Origin: a plasmid
Length of the DNA stretch: 64,000 nucleotides
NCBI RefSeq assembly: GCF_056712565.1
Contig: NZ_JBWXXM010000004.1
Direction: 5' to 3' (one strand)
Positions 32,260-40,680 of the stretch are shown here, piece after piece (the first letter of the stretch is position 1; every line of letters starts with the position of its first letter). The notes beneath the pieces were generated by a model. It saw only the letters and a list, made by a program, of their open reading frames with translations. It searched no databases and was not told the DNA's origin. Both the position numbers and the translations under genes were made by a program.

Positions 32260-34175
32260 GCCGCTACCCCCGCTTTCTGGATTGCTACCAGCAGATCAGC
32301 CAAGTGGCGAGCAGCGCCATTAACCAGCTCTTCGTTTTCCTCAAAACGCCCGGCAGCCTGAAGGGCTGCAATCGCTTCCCGGACATTACCCCGGGCGTTA
32401 CGGATCTCCGCCATGTCAGTGCTTTGCATATCCATCACGTTATTGAGATATTCAATGGCTTTATTAGCCTCTGCATCTGCTTCGCTAACCGTTTCATCAG
32501 GCTGTGCCGGGGCAGGTTCTGGCTGAGTAATCTCACCGACTTCGGCCTGCAATGCATTGATCATGCTCTGCACCATTTTCTCGGTGCCAGCGCCCCCCGG
32601 AAACGCAATATTGGGGAAAGTTTTTTGAAACTGAGTTTTCAGCATTACGCGGAACTCGTCTGGTGAGCTGGTGGCCAGCTCCAGAGCTTTTTGTGCATAT
32701 TTGCCAAACGGACCATTAGTAAGTGTCTTCGCCAGGAAGTCGAAAGAATCCTCGCGAGGCAATAACTTCAGGTCGTACTCACTCATTTGCTGATCAGAAA
32801 GCGGGGTATCGTAAGTAGCAATGCCGTAGCGTGCATATTCATAATACGGGTCACCTTCATCAGGGCGCGGCAGAATTGCTTTGTTACCTTCAGGTATTGC
32901 GCCAGGGGCCGCCGGACGCATTTGCAGGGCATATCGATATGCACCTACAGAGACTTCTGGTTCAGGCGAAGAGCTACCGGTATCCTCCGCTGGTTCAGGT
33001 TCGACGTTTTCCGGTTTATGTTCTTCTGGTTGGACCAGGTATTCCGATACATTACCCGCTTTATAGGCTTTAAACAGCTTGCCGATCGCATCTGCCATGT
33101 CCACACCCTGTATGGATTTAGCCTTGATCATGTACACGCTGCCATCCGAATCGGTTAACTGGATATACCCTTCGCCGTCCTCAATGAATTGCTTCATTGA
33201 TGCACCATTACTGAGCGTCACTTCCCCGTTCATATGCATACGATTTTTGATACTGGCAAGGCGATCCGTCATCGCGCGAGAGTGTCCACCAGTCATCCCC
33301 GCAGGAGCAATGGTATCGCGCCCACCAGTGCGATTGAGCTGATCAATCTCCGTCTGCAAACGCTCATTCTCTTCATAAAGAGAATCCGCTTCCGATGCAA
33401 CAGCGTTAATTTTCTGCTCCAGATCTACCTTCTGCCCTTCTACCGCTGCCACCTGATCCACGAGGTCGCTCATGGCATCCTCTTTCTGGTCACTGTCAGC
33501 CTGTAGTTGGGTTATTTCATCAACAAGGGCTTTTTTCTTCTTCTGCGCACGCTGAAATTTTGCCGAGTTTTTCTCTGCAAGGTTGGCAAGTTTCATGGTG
33601 ACCTGCGCCAGCGTCATATCACGTCCACTCATCGGAGCAACGGTGTGAGTAACGTCTTTTTTATTCAGTAAGAACTGGAAAGCAACCAGCGTATCGCTAT
33701 TGGTGATCCGGTTTTCCGCTGTCGGGCTATGAAACAGAATGCTGATAGTCTGACCATCACTGAGCGGAATAATGGCTGGCAGGACCGGCAGCCCGTTAAC
33801 GTTACGTGCCCGGCCAATTTCAGCACCGCCGATCGCGCGCGCGCCGCTCTGGGCCACATCCCCCGTTTTATCACTCCCCGCAGAGATTCCGGTACCATTC
33901 AGCTTCTGGTTCAATGCCCGGACAAATGCCTGCATGGTCCGGTGTAACTGCAAACGAGTAGAACTAATCGCCTCCAGTAAATCCGTAGCACACCAGTGGA
34001 TCGGCGTGTCATAGAAGAACGTAGCCTCGATTTCCTCCAGGGTGTTGGATTCCGTCATCAGATAGCGGTCCTCACCGGCCATTAATGCGCGATATTCATC
34101 ATCAGTCACTGGCGGGGGAAGCACGTCAAGCCCAGGCTTGATCGTCACCCCTTTATTGATATTGAACTGTTCCAT
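32256..34175 (-). CDS. darA: DarA, antirestriction/virion internal protein precursor
   Basis: 639-aa product; shares the KNSAKFQ segment with the adjacent 203-aa Hdf; operon context with lyd genes. Confidence 0.6.
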   Translation of the reverse strand: MEQFNINKGVTIKPGLDVLPPPVTDDEYRALMAGEDRYLMTESNTLEEIEATFFYDTPIHWCATDLLEAISSTRLQLHRTMQAFVRALNQKLNGTGISAGSDKTGDVAQSGARAIGGAEIGRARNVNGLPVLPAIIPLSDGQTISILFHSPTAENRITNSDTLVAFQFLLNKKDVTHTVAPMSGRDMTLAQVTMKLANLAEKNSAKFQRAQKKKKALVDEITQLQADSDQKEDAMSDLVDQVAAVEGQKVDLEQKINAVASEADSLYEENERLQTEIDQLNRTGGRDTIAPAGMTGGHSRAMTDRLASIKNRMHMNGEVTLSNGASMKQFIEDGEGYIQLTDSDGSVYMIKAKSIQGVDMADAIGKLFKAYKAGNVSEYLVQPEEHKPENVEPEPAEDTGSSSPEPEVSVGAYRYALQMRPAAPGAIPEGNKAILPRPDEGDPYYEYARYGIATYDTPLSDQQMSEYDLKLLPREDSFDFLAKTLTNGPFGKYAQKALELATSSPDEFRVMLKTQFQKTFPNIAFPGGAGTEKMVQSMINALQAEVGEITQPEPAPAQPDETVSEADAEANKAIEYLNNVMDMQSTDMAEIRNARGNVREAIAALQAAGRFEENEELVNGAARHLADLLVAIQKAGVAA

Positions 34176-34176
34176 G

Positions 34177-34788
34177 TTAATTTCCTGCTTTCAGTTGCTT
34201 AAGACGGCGTTTGAGTTCGCCATTTCGGGCCTTTTCGTTATTGAGTCGGCCTGTCTCCTTATCCAGCTTCGCCCGCAAATCAGTGATCTGCTGTTGATTG
34301 AAAGACACCGAGTTCTGCGCTGATTTATAAGCGGCAACCACCTGAGCATTCCGCTGTTTTGCCTCTTGCAGGCGCTGAAAGTTGGATTTTACTGCCGGTT
34401 TCTTGTCTACCGGATTGGCAACACGTTTCGCTTTGGCGATCAGTGATTTCTGGAATTTTGCGGAGTTTTTGCGGGCCGCTTGCCCCATGACGGTACCAAG
34501 CGTCTTGATATCCGGCGACTGAGCGTTAGGAATAGCTTTTCCATTCAGCCTCACAGACGATATATCGCCAGTATCGTTTACCTGTATGGCAAGAATTTGT
34601 CCGTCGTTAAGAACCAGCTTTGCGGTTTTAACTTTAACGCCATCTTTCGTTGTTGCGCGGTTGCTGGAGTCAACCTCAATTACCGTAACACCGGTTTTAT
34701 TGATCGCCGCGATAAGGGATTTCAGCCCCTTTTCATTAACCTGGTCAAAATCGACCGTTGCATACTTATTTTTCGTCATCTGACACAT
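34177..34788 (-). CDS. hdf: Hdf (homologue of DarA fragment)
   Basis: 203-aa product containing ARKNSAKFQKSLIAKAK, paralogous to DarA AEKNSAKFQRAQKKKK. Confidence 0.5.
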   Translation of the reverse strand: MCQMTKNKYATVDFDQVNEKGLKSLIAAINKTGVTVIEVDSSNRATTKDGVKVKTAKLVLNDGQILAIQVNDTGDISSVRLNGKAIPNAQSPDIKTLGTVMGQAARKNSAKFQKSLIAKAKRVANPVDKKPAVKSNFQRLQEAKQRNAQVVAAYKSAQNSVSFNQQQITDLRAKLDKETGRLNNEKARNGELKRRLKQLKAGN

Positions 34789-35209
34789 CCTGTGCGAGAT
34801 TTATTACGTAACTTCTGCGGATTTGCTGAGTAACAGGGAAAATCCGATACAACGGGTTAATGAACGAGTCGCCATGCGTAACCATGACGTTGAAATGCCA
34901 CAGTCGCTCTCCTTTACCCATATATTCAGTGGGTATGTACAACCATTCACTGTTTTCGCCCTGTTCAGCCGACGTCAAACAACGTTGTTCGCCTTCAATC
35001 ACTGTCGTCGGCTTCTGAACATCGCGGATCCAATATCTGACCGTTGCGCCGCGCAAAAACGGGAATTTAGACCGGTATTTGAACGGCACCCGGATGAAAC
35101 CCGGTTTAATTTCCACATCACCAAGTTCTAAATGCGTGATGTCCTTGCGTTTTAGCAAATAGCGATCGGCTAAGGCTAACGCAAGAACGCATACACCCCA
35201 GCCAATCAT
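34766..35209 (-). CDS. lysis-region protein with N-terminal hydrophobic segment (lyd position)
   Basis: N-terminus MIGWGVCVLALALADRYLL; overlaps neighbours by 4 nt. Confidence 0.35.
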   Translation of the reverse strand: MIGWGVCVLALALADRYLLKRKDITHLELGDVEIKPGFIRVPFKYRSKFPFLRGATVRYWIRDVQKPTTVIEGEQRCLTSAEQGENSEWLYIPTEYMGKGERLWHFNVMVTHGDSFINPLYRIFPVTQQIRRSYVINLAQDVSDDEK

Positions 35210-35535
35210 TTCCCGCCTCCCTTTTTCACCAAACTTGTAAGAACATTCAGAATGCTATCGATATTCACTCGTTTCATCCCTGAAATCACCTCATGACCGT
35301 TATTGCTGGCTATCGTTACCATTAAGTACGTAATTGATAACTCCCAGCCCTCGTGTTGCCCCAATAGGTACGCCACCGCGCCAGCTGTCACTGCAACAAA
35401 GATCTCCGTAACCAATCCCAACAAATTGCCAGACTGGCGACCGTCTCGGACATCCATCAGGAACGTGCCTATCCCACCAATTACTGAAAGCAGGAGCGCA
35501 ATAGCAACTGGAGCTAATTCCTGTGTGTCAAGCAC
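35206..35535 (-). CDS. holin-like membrane protein (lydA-like)
   Basis: 109-aa product with two or three hydrophobic helices (LAPVAIALLLSVIGGIGTFLM, IFVAVTAGAVAYLLG) and charged C-terminus. Confidence 0.5.
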   Translation of the reverse strand: MLDTQELAPVAIALLLSVIGGIGTFLMDVRDGRQSGNLLGLVTEIFVAVTAGAVAYLLGQHEGWELSITYLMVTIASNNGHEVISGMKRVNIDSILNVLTSLVKKGGGK

Positions 35536-35609
35536 AAGTTCCCTCCTACGTTGTCAGGAGGTAATGGTATGCAAAGTAACTTCTCAACCGGTTATGTTGC
35601 ATAAGAGAC

Positions 35610-35873
35610 TTACCTATTCAACCGACTTTTGGAACCTTCAATAATAAGCCTGCTATTGGCGCTGAAAATAAGAACCATGCAGCTCTGAAGGCTTTCATTC
35701 ATGTCCTTATATTCCGCGAGATACATGCCAATAAAGCCAGCAAGTACGGCGGAAATACATTCGGCCAGCAATTTCTTGCATGAAGACTCGTAACGGTTTT
35801 CACATAGCCCACTCAAATACGAATACACCCCACCAAGAAGGGATAACATCACGATATGTACATAAAATGTCAT
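35610..35873 (-). CDS. small membrane protein (87 aa), first gene of the lyd/dar operon
   Basis: Two hydrophobic segments (VHIVMLSLLGGVYSYLSGL, ISAVLAGFIGMYLA). Confidence 0.35.
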   Translation of the reverse strand: MTFYVHIVMLSLLGGVYSYLSGLCENRYESSCKKLLAECISAVLAGFIGMYLAEYKDMNESLQSCMVLIFSANSRLIIEGSKSRLNR

Positions 35874-36000
35874 TTTTTACCTATACAACAGTAAGTTGAA
35901 CAACATTTGAGAACGGTATGCACTTTGTGATTTCCACACACACTGGTTTTGTTAATTAAAACCTGTAGCTTGCAATAAATAACGATAGTGGGCAGAAAAT

Positions 36001-36185
36001 ATGCTAATAGGCTATGTACGCATATAGACAAATGAACAAAACACAGCTATGCAGTGAAAAGCACTTGAAAGCGCAGGATGTGAGCTAATTTTTGCGAATA
36101 AGGCGAGCAGCAAAAAAGCTGGGCACCCTGGGTTAAAAAAGGTTCTGCGTATGCTTTCCAGAGGTGATACCCTAGTCTCGGACTA
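36001..36185 (+). pseudogene. degenerate 5' fragment of a Cin/Gin/Hin-family serine invertase gene, inverted relative to the adjacent invertase
   Basis: Translation MLIGYVRI*TNEQNTAMQ*KALESAGCELIFANKASSKKAGHPGLKKVLRMLSRGDTLVSD* aligns to invertase residues 1-61 with two in-frame stops. Confidence 0.6.
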
Positions 36186-36212
36186 GGGACAACATTTCGA
36201 GAACAGTTTTCA

Positions 36213-36641
36213 TTAGCGGTCAGCAGGCGCTAGATACATCGAATTGATGTGCCGCGCGATAAATGTACCTATTCTATCAAGATAAATTACACCGACGCGG
36301 CAAGCACCCATGACATGAAAAAAGAAACGCCCCATGGGTGTTGATGTGTCAATACTGTCTGTCAGACTACGGAAATTAACACCTTTTTCCCGCAACTCCT
36401 CTATAAGCGTGATAAGGTGTTTCATACTTCTGCCAAGCCTATCCAGCTTCCAGACAACCAGCGTATCTCCTTCTGATAACGTTCTGAGCAGCTTTTTCAA
36501 GCCTGGTCTGGCTGACTTTGTTCCGCTTATTTTATCTTCAAAAATCAGTTCACATCCTGCGCAGTTCAGTGCATTTCTTTGTAAATCTGTGTTTTGGTCA
36601 TTTGTTGACACACGAATGTAGCCAATTTGCATGAAAAACAA
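36213..36641 (-). CDS. cin: Cin/Min-family serine DNA invertase, C-terminally truncated (homology ends after about residue 113 at about nt 36301)
   Basis: MQIGYIRVSTNDQNTDLQRNALNCAGCELIFEDKISGTKSARPGLKKLLRTLSEGDTLVVWKLDRLGRSMKHLITLIEELREKGVNFRSLTDSIDTSTPMGRFFFHVMGA matches the Gin/Hin/Cin catalytic domain; the next 29 residues are unrelated and the HTH domain is absent. Confidence 0.75.
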   Translation of the reverse strand: MFFMQIGYIRVSTNDQNTDLQRNALNCAGCELIFEDKISGTKSARPGLKKLLRTLSEGDTLVVWKLDRLGRSMKHLITLIEELREKGVNFRSLTDSIDTSTPMGRFFFHVMGACRVGVIYLDRIGTFIARHINSMYLAPADR

Positions 36642-36692
36642 CCTCTTTGTTTAGTTAAAAATACATCGTTGGTATAGGTAGGGATTAAGACT

Positions 36693-36717
36693 AAAACGTT
36701 GGTTTGGGGGAAGGCTC
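36693..36717 (+). other. invertase crossover site xs-1 (cix/mix-like), starts cassette tfc-1
   Basis: aaaacgTTggtttgggggaaggctc; core AACGTTGGTTT resembles the Hin/Gin/Cin family core AAACC-NN-GGTTT; 62 bp from the divergent invertase start. Confidence 0.55.
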
Positions 36718-37171
36718 GGCACTGCCCGTTGGTGTACCTGTTCCATGGCCCTCAGCCACACCACCAACGGGGTGGCTGAAATGCAATGGTGCAGCATTTT
36801 CTTCTGAAAAGTACCCAAATCTGGCAAAGGTTTACCCTACTAATAAATTGCCGGATCTACGGGGCGAATTTATTCGCGGCTGGGATGACGGGCGGGGGAT
36901 TGACTCTGGCCGTAATTTATTATCTGCACAGAATGATGCAATTCAGAATATTGTTGGTTCTTTCGGGCGTACTCAGCTTTTTAGAGATGTACTTAGTTCA
37001 GGGCCATTTAGTCAACATGGTCAAGTATTATCTACAGGCCTAAAGGAAACGGAAATTATTGAGGGTTATGGCTCTTATAACTGGACATTCGACGCCTCTC
37101 GCTCAGTTCGTACAGCATCTGAAACCCGCCCCCGTAATATTGCATTTAATTACATCGTAAGGGCGGCATAA
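36704..37171 (+). CDS. silent tail-fibre C-terminal cassette tfc-1 (TTG start, no promoter)
   Basis: Begins (M/L)GEGSALPVGVPVPWPSATPPTGWLKCNGAAFSSEKYPNLAKVYPTNKLPDLRGEFIRGWDDGRG, same as the junction of S, then a unique 80-aa core, ends ETRPRNIAFNYIVRAA. Confidence 0.65.
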   Translation: MGEGSALPVGVPVPWPSATPPTGWLKCNGAAFSSEKYPNLAKVYPTNKLPDLRGEFIRGWDDGRGIDSGRNLLSAQNDAIQNIVGSFGRTQLFRDVLSSGPFSQHGQVLSTGLKETEIIEGYGSYNWTFDASRSVRTASETRPRNIAFNYIVRAA

Positions 37172-37195
37172 AAACGTTGGTTTGGGGGAAGGCTC
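37171..37195 (+). other. crossover site xs-2
   Basis: aaaacgttggtttgggggaaggctc directly after the tfc-1 stop. Confidence 0.55.
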
Positions 37196-37658
37196 AGCAT
37201 TGCCCGTTGGCGTGCCCGTTCCGTGGCCCTTAGAAACACCGCCAACGGGGTGGCTGAAATGTAACGGAGCAGCATTTTCTTCTGAAATGTATCCCAAACT
37301 GGCAAAGGCCTACCCCACCAATAAATTACCGGATTTACGGGGAGAATTTATTCGCGGCTGGGATGATGGGCGCGGGGTGGATGCGGGACGTGCTTTATTG
37401 AGCATTCAGACAGGAATGCTGGAAAAGCACCGACATATTGTTGTAGCCAATGATGGTTACGACACAAAAGATGAATGGGAGCTGGCGACAATTTTCAAAA
37501 AAACATACACACAAGGACGGGGGCTTGATGCCTCAAATACAGGAGGGAATTTGATTCCATCACCGACACTTCATTCTCGAGGGAGTATTGGTAATACTGG
37601 CGGGAGTGAAACCCGTCCACGAAATATCGCATTTAATTACATCGTAAGGGCGGCATAA
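37182..37658 (+). CDS. silent tail-fibre C-terminal cassette tfc-2
   Basis: Same conserved head (PLETPP/SSEMYPKLAKAYPT allele) and tail ETRPRNIAFNYIVRAA, distinct core. Confidence 0.65.
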   Translation: MGEGSALPVGVPVPWPLETPPTGWLKCNGAAFSSEMYPKLAKAYPTNKLPDLRGEFIRGWDDGRGVDAGRALLSIQTGMLEKHRHIVVANDGYDTKDEWELATIFKKTYTQGRGLDASNTGGNLIPSPTLHSRGSIGNTGGSETRPRNIAFNYIVRAA

Positions 37659-37682
37659 AAACGTTGGTTTGGGGGAAGGCTC
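37658..37682 (+). other. crossover site xs-3
   Basis: aaaacgttggtttgggggaaggctc. Confidence 0.55.
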
Positions 37683-38133
37683 TGCACTGCCTGTTGGTGT
37701 GCCCGTTCCGTGGCCCTTAGAAACACCACCAACGGGCTGGCTAAAATGCAATGGTGCAGCATTTTCTTCTGAAATGTATCCCAAACTGGCAAAGGCCTAC
37801 CCCACCAATAAATTACCGGATTTACGCGGTGAGTTTATCCGTGGTTGGGATGATGGGCGAGGTGTGGATGCGGGAAGGGTCATCTTAAGCATACAGGGGT
37901 GGTTACAGGAAGTCATTATCATAATATTCGGTCATGGGACGCGTGGATAACACGGTATTGGTGCCATTAATTGACATGAGGGGGGGATAGTCTGTTGTCG
38001 ACAGATAACGCCGTCAGGCATTTTCAGCGATTAATGGTAAATTTCACCAGTCAACTCTGTAGGTGATGGTATAAATTTTGTTGCTGTCAGGCCGCGAAAT
38101 ATCGCATTTAATTACATCGTAAGGGCGGCATAA
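37669..38133 (+). pseudogene. degenerate duplicate of cassette tfc-4 (frameshifted cassette tfc-3)
   Basis: Near-identical to 38144-38602 at DNA level but with indels (ggttacagg vs ggttaacagg); ORF stops after 93 codons although the terminal RPRNIAFNYIVRAA coding block is present at 38090-38133. Confidence 0.55.
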
Positions 38134-38157
38134 AAACGTTGGTTTGGGGGAAGGCTC
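38133..38157 (+). other. crossover site xs-4
   Basis: aaaacgttggtttgggggaaggctc. Confidence 0.55.
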
Positions 38158-38602
38158 TGCACTGCCTGTTGGTGTGCCCGTTCCGTGGCCCTTAGAAACA
38201 CCACCAACGGGCTGGCTAAAATGCAATGGTGCAGCATTTTCTTCTGAAATGTATCCCAAACTGGCAAAGGCCTACCCCACCAATAAATTACCGGATTTAC
38301 GCGGTGAGTTTATCCGTGGTTGGGATGATGGGCGAGGTGTGGATGCGGGAAGGGTCATCTTAAGCATACAGGGGTGGTTAACAGGAAGTCATTATCATAA
38401 TATTCGGTCATGGGACGCGTGGGATAACACGGTATTGGTGCCAAATGACAGAGGGGGGGATAGTCTGTTGTCGACAGATAACGCCGTCCGGCAAGGAGCG
38501 ATTAATGGTAAATTTACCAGTCAATACAGAACGGAGTTATCTGGGGGGAATGAAACCCGCCCACGTAACATTGCCTTCAATTATATTGTGAGAGCAGCAT
38601 AA
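38144..38602 (+). CDS. silent tail-fibre C-terminal cassette tfc-4, coupled to a tail fibre assembly gene
   Basis: 152-aa cassette; stop overlaps the ATG of the following tfa gene (taATGg). Confidence 0.65.
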   Translation: MGEGSALPVGVPVPWPLETPPTGWLKCNGAAFSSEMYPKLAKAYPTNKLPDLRGEFIRGWDDGRGVDAGRVILSIQGWLTGSHYHNIRSWDAWDNTVLVPNDRGGDSLLSTDNAVRQGAINGKFTSQYRTELSGGNETRPRNIAFNYIVRAA

Positions 38603-39213
38603 TGGATAATGCGATATTAAATAGCGAACTTATAGCCATACAGGCAGGAAACATTATCGTTTATAACTATGATGGTGGTAATCGGGAATATATTTCTGCA
38701 TCAACTGAATATCTTGCTGTTGGCGTTGGTATTCCGGCAAATTCTTGTTTGGATGCTCCAGGCTCACATAAAGCAGGTTATGCGATTCTCCGTTCAGAGG
38801 ATTTAAGTTCATGGGAGTATGTGCCAGATCATCGTGGCGAAACTGTCTATAGCATTGACACTGGGAATCCCGAAGAAATCACGGTGTTGGGTGACTATCC
38901 GGAAAATACAACCACTATCGCCCCGCTAACACCATACGACAAATGGGATGGAGAGAAATGGGTGGTTGATACTGAGGCTCAACATAGTGCAGCTGTAGAG
39001 GCAGCAGAAACAAAACGTCAGTCATTGATTGATACTGCGATGGATTCCATTAGTCTGATTCAGTTGAAATTACGGGCTGGACGGAAGTTGACGCAGGCAG
39101 AAACCACGCAGCTTAACTCCGTGCTAGATTATATAGACGAGCTGAACGCGATGGATTTAACCACGGCACCAGATCTCAACTGGCCTGAAAAACAACTTTC
39201 TACAGCCAGTTGA
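38602..39213 (+). CDS. tail fibre assembly chaperone (Tfa / U-like)
   Basis: 203-aa product; Tfa-like C-terminal region DYIDELNAMD...WPE; translationally coupled to tfc-4, as U follows Sv in Mu/P1. Confidence 0.65.
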   Translation: MDNAILNSELIAIQAGNIIVYNYDGGNREYISASTEYLAVGVGIPANSCLDAPGSHKAGYAILRSEDLSSWEYVPDHRGETVYSIDTGNPEEITVLGDYPENTTTIAPLTPYDKWDGEKWVVDTEAQHSAAVEAAETKRQSLIDTAMDSISLIQLKLRAGRKLTQAETTQLNSVLDYIDELNAMDLTTAPDLNWPEKQLSTAS

Positions 39214-39218
39214 TATAA

Positions 39219-39716
39219 TTAATCCGCCCTCACAATATAATTAAATGCAATATTACGAGGGCGGGTTTCTAAGCCAGCAGTACCTAAATTAGCTACGGAC
39301 TGTTTATATGTTTTAAAAGTTCCATAATTAGGGGCTGGCAATCCTGCATCGCTTGTGTTCCCCCATCTGATAACTCCCGTATTACCACTAGTAGCCCATG
39401 CCTCGTCAAAGTAGAAATTAATTGAGCGGTCAGTTGCTACGGTTGATTTTGACGGTAATCCGTGAGCATGATCCTCCGTTGCATATCCTTGCTCGCTTAA
39501 AATAGAGCGACCAGAGTCAATCCCTCGCCCATCATCCCAGCCACGGATAAACTCACCGCGTAAATCAGGTAATTTTAACGTTGGGTAAACCTTTGCCAGA
39601 TTTGGGTACTTTTCAGAAGAAAATGCTGCACCATTGCATTTCAGCCACCCCGTTGGCGGTGTGGCTGAGGGCCATGGAATAGGTACACCAACGGGCAGCG
39701 CCGAGCCTTCCCCTAA
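39219..39716 (-). CDS. silent tail-fibre C-terminal cassette tfc-5 (no start codon: TTA at the crossover site)
   Basis: Open frame LGEGSALPVGVPIPWPSATPP...ETRPRNIAFNYIVRAD; missing from the ORF track because it begins TTA-GGG instead of TTG-GGG. Confidence 0.55.
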   Translation of the reverse strand, partial: LGEGSALPVGVPIPWPSATPPTGWLKCNGAAFSSEKYPNLAKVYPTLKLPDLRGEFIRGWDDGRGIDSGRSILSEQGYATEDHAHGLPSKSTVATDRSINFYFDEAWATSGNTGVIRWGNTSDAGLPAPNYGTFKTYKQSVANLGTAGLETRPRNIAFNYIVRAD

Positions 39717-39727
39717 ACCAACGTTTT
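39703..39727 (-). other. crossover site xs-5 (TTA variant, like the site in S)
   Basis: Plus strand gagccttcccctaaaccaacgtttt. Confidence 0.55.
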
Positions 39728-40155
39728 CATGCCGCCCTTACGATATAATTAAACGCAATGTTACGAGGACGAATGGTTACATAATTAACCCCATCACCTC
39801 GTGAAGGCCCTGCAAATGAAAAACGGGAAAATCCTGGTTGGTTAGAAACAATTTGGTCATAGTTATTGATTGAATGACCAGACCCAATGTCGAAATTACC
39901 TCCGTAATGAGAAAAACTTGTACCATCCTGCCCTGAAAGCAGGGTACGTCCCGCATCAATCCCGCGCCCATCATCCCAGCCACGGATAAATTCACCGCGT
40001 AAATCCGGTAATTTATTGGTGGGGTAGGCTTTTGCCAGTTTGGGATACATTTCAGAAGAAAATGCTGCACCATTGCATTTTAGCCAGCCCGTTGGTGGTG
40101 TTTCTAAGGGCCACGGAACGGGCACACCAACAGGCAATGCTGAGCCTTCCCCCAA
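39727..40155 (-). CDS. silent tail-fibre C-terminal cassette tfc-6
   Basis: 142-aa; conserved head and tail, unique core. Confidence 0.65.
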   Translation of the reverse strand: MGEGSALPVGVPVPWPLETPPTGWLKCNGAAFSSEMYPKLAKAYPTNKLPDLRGEFIRGWDDGRGIDAGRTLLSGQDGTSFSHYGGNFDIGSGHSINNYDQIVSNQPGFSRFSFAGPSRGDGVNYVTIRPRNIAFNYIVRAA

Positions 40156-40166
40156 ACCAACGTTTT
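40142..40166 (-). other. crossover site xs-6
   Basis: Plus strand gagccttcccccaaaccaacgtttt. Confidence 0.55.
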
Positions 40167-40669
40167 TATGCCGCCCTTACGATGTAATTAAATGCAACGT
40201 TGCGAGGGCGAGTTTCTGTACCTACATTTCCACTAATTTCACCATAACGTTTAACACTACGAGAGCTAATAGCTCGTAGTGAGGAAGGCACCTTATGACC
40301 GGGTTCGTCCGTTTTAACTATTCCCCCGTCACCGTATGTAGCTAGTATTCCTGGATTTACGCCTTCCCGTGCACTTCCTGCGGCGAGTCCGTCCCCTGTC
40401 CATAATTCCATATAGTGTGCATGGTCCAAAATTGTGTGTGGCTGCCAATTAAGCAAAGCGCGGCCAGCATCCACCCCGCGCCCATCATCCCAGCCACGGA
40501 TAAATTCACCGCGTAAATCAGGTAATTTTAACGTTGGGTAAACCTTTGCCAGATTTGGGTACTTTTCAGAAGAAAATGCTGCACCATTGCATTTCAGCCA
40601 CCCCGTTGGCGGTGTGGCTGAGGGCCATGGAATAGGTACACCAACGGGCAGCGCCGAGCCTTCCCCTAA
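40166..40669 (-). CDS. silent tail-fibre C-terminal cassette tfc-7 (no start codon; ORF track shows only its GTG-started distal 102 aa)
   Basis: Continuous frame LGEGSALPVGVPIPWPSATPP...GRGVDAGRALLNWQ...ETRPRNVAFNYIVRAA. Confidence 0.55.
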   Translation of the reverse strand, partial: LGEGSALPVGVPIPWPSATPPTGWLKCNGAAFSSEKYPNLAKVYPTLKLPDLRGEFIRGWDDGRGVDAGRALLNWQPHTILDHAHYMELWTGDGLAAGSAREGVNPGILATYGDGGIVKTDEPGHKVPSSLRAISSRSVKRYGEISGNVGTETRPRNVAFNYIVRAA

Positions 40670-40680
40670 ACCAACGTTTT
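40656..40680 (-). other. crossover site xs-7 (TTA variant)
   Basis: Plus strand gagccttcccctaaaccaacgtttt. Confidence 0.55.

Noticed and set aside
29626-34833. Plus-strand ORFs inside the ddrB/darA/hdf operon (for example 29626-30186, 32787-33158, 34480-34833)
   Set aside because: Antisense to long co-linear minus-strand genes with coupled overlaps.
36001-36185. IS element or transposase remnant
   Set aside because: Translation aligns to serine invertase residues 1-61, not to a transposase; no terminal inverted repeats or target duplications seen.
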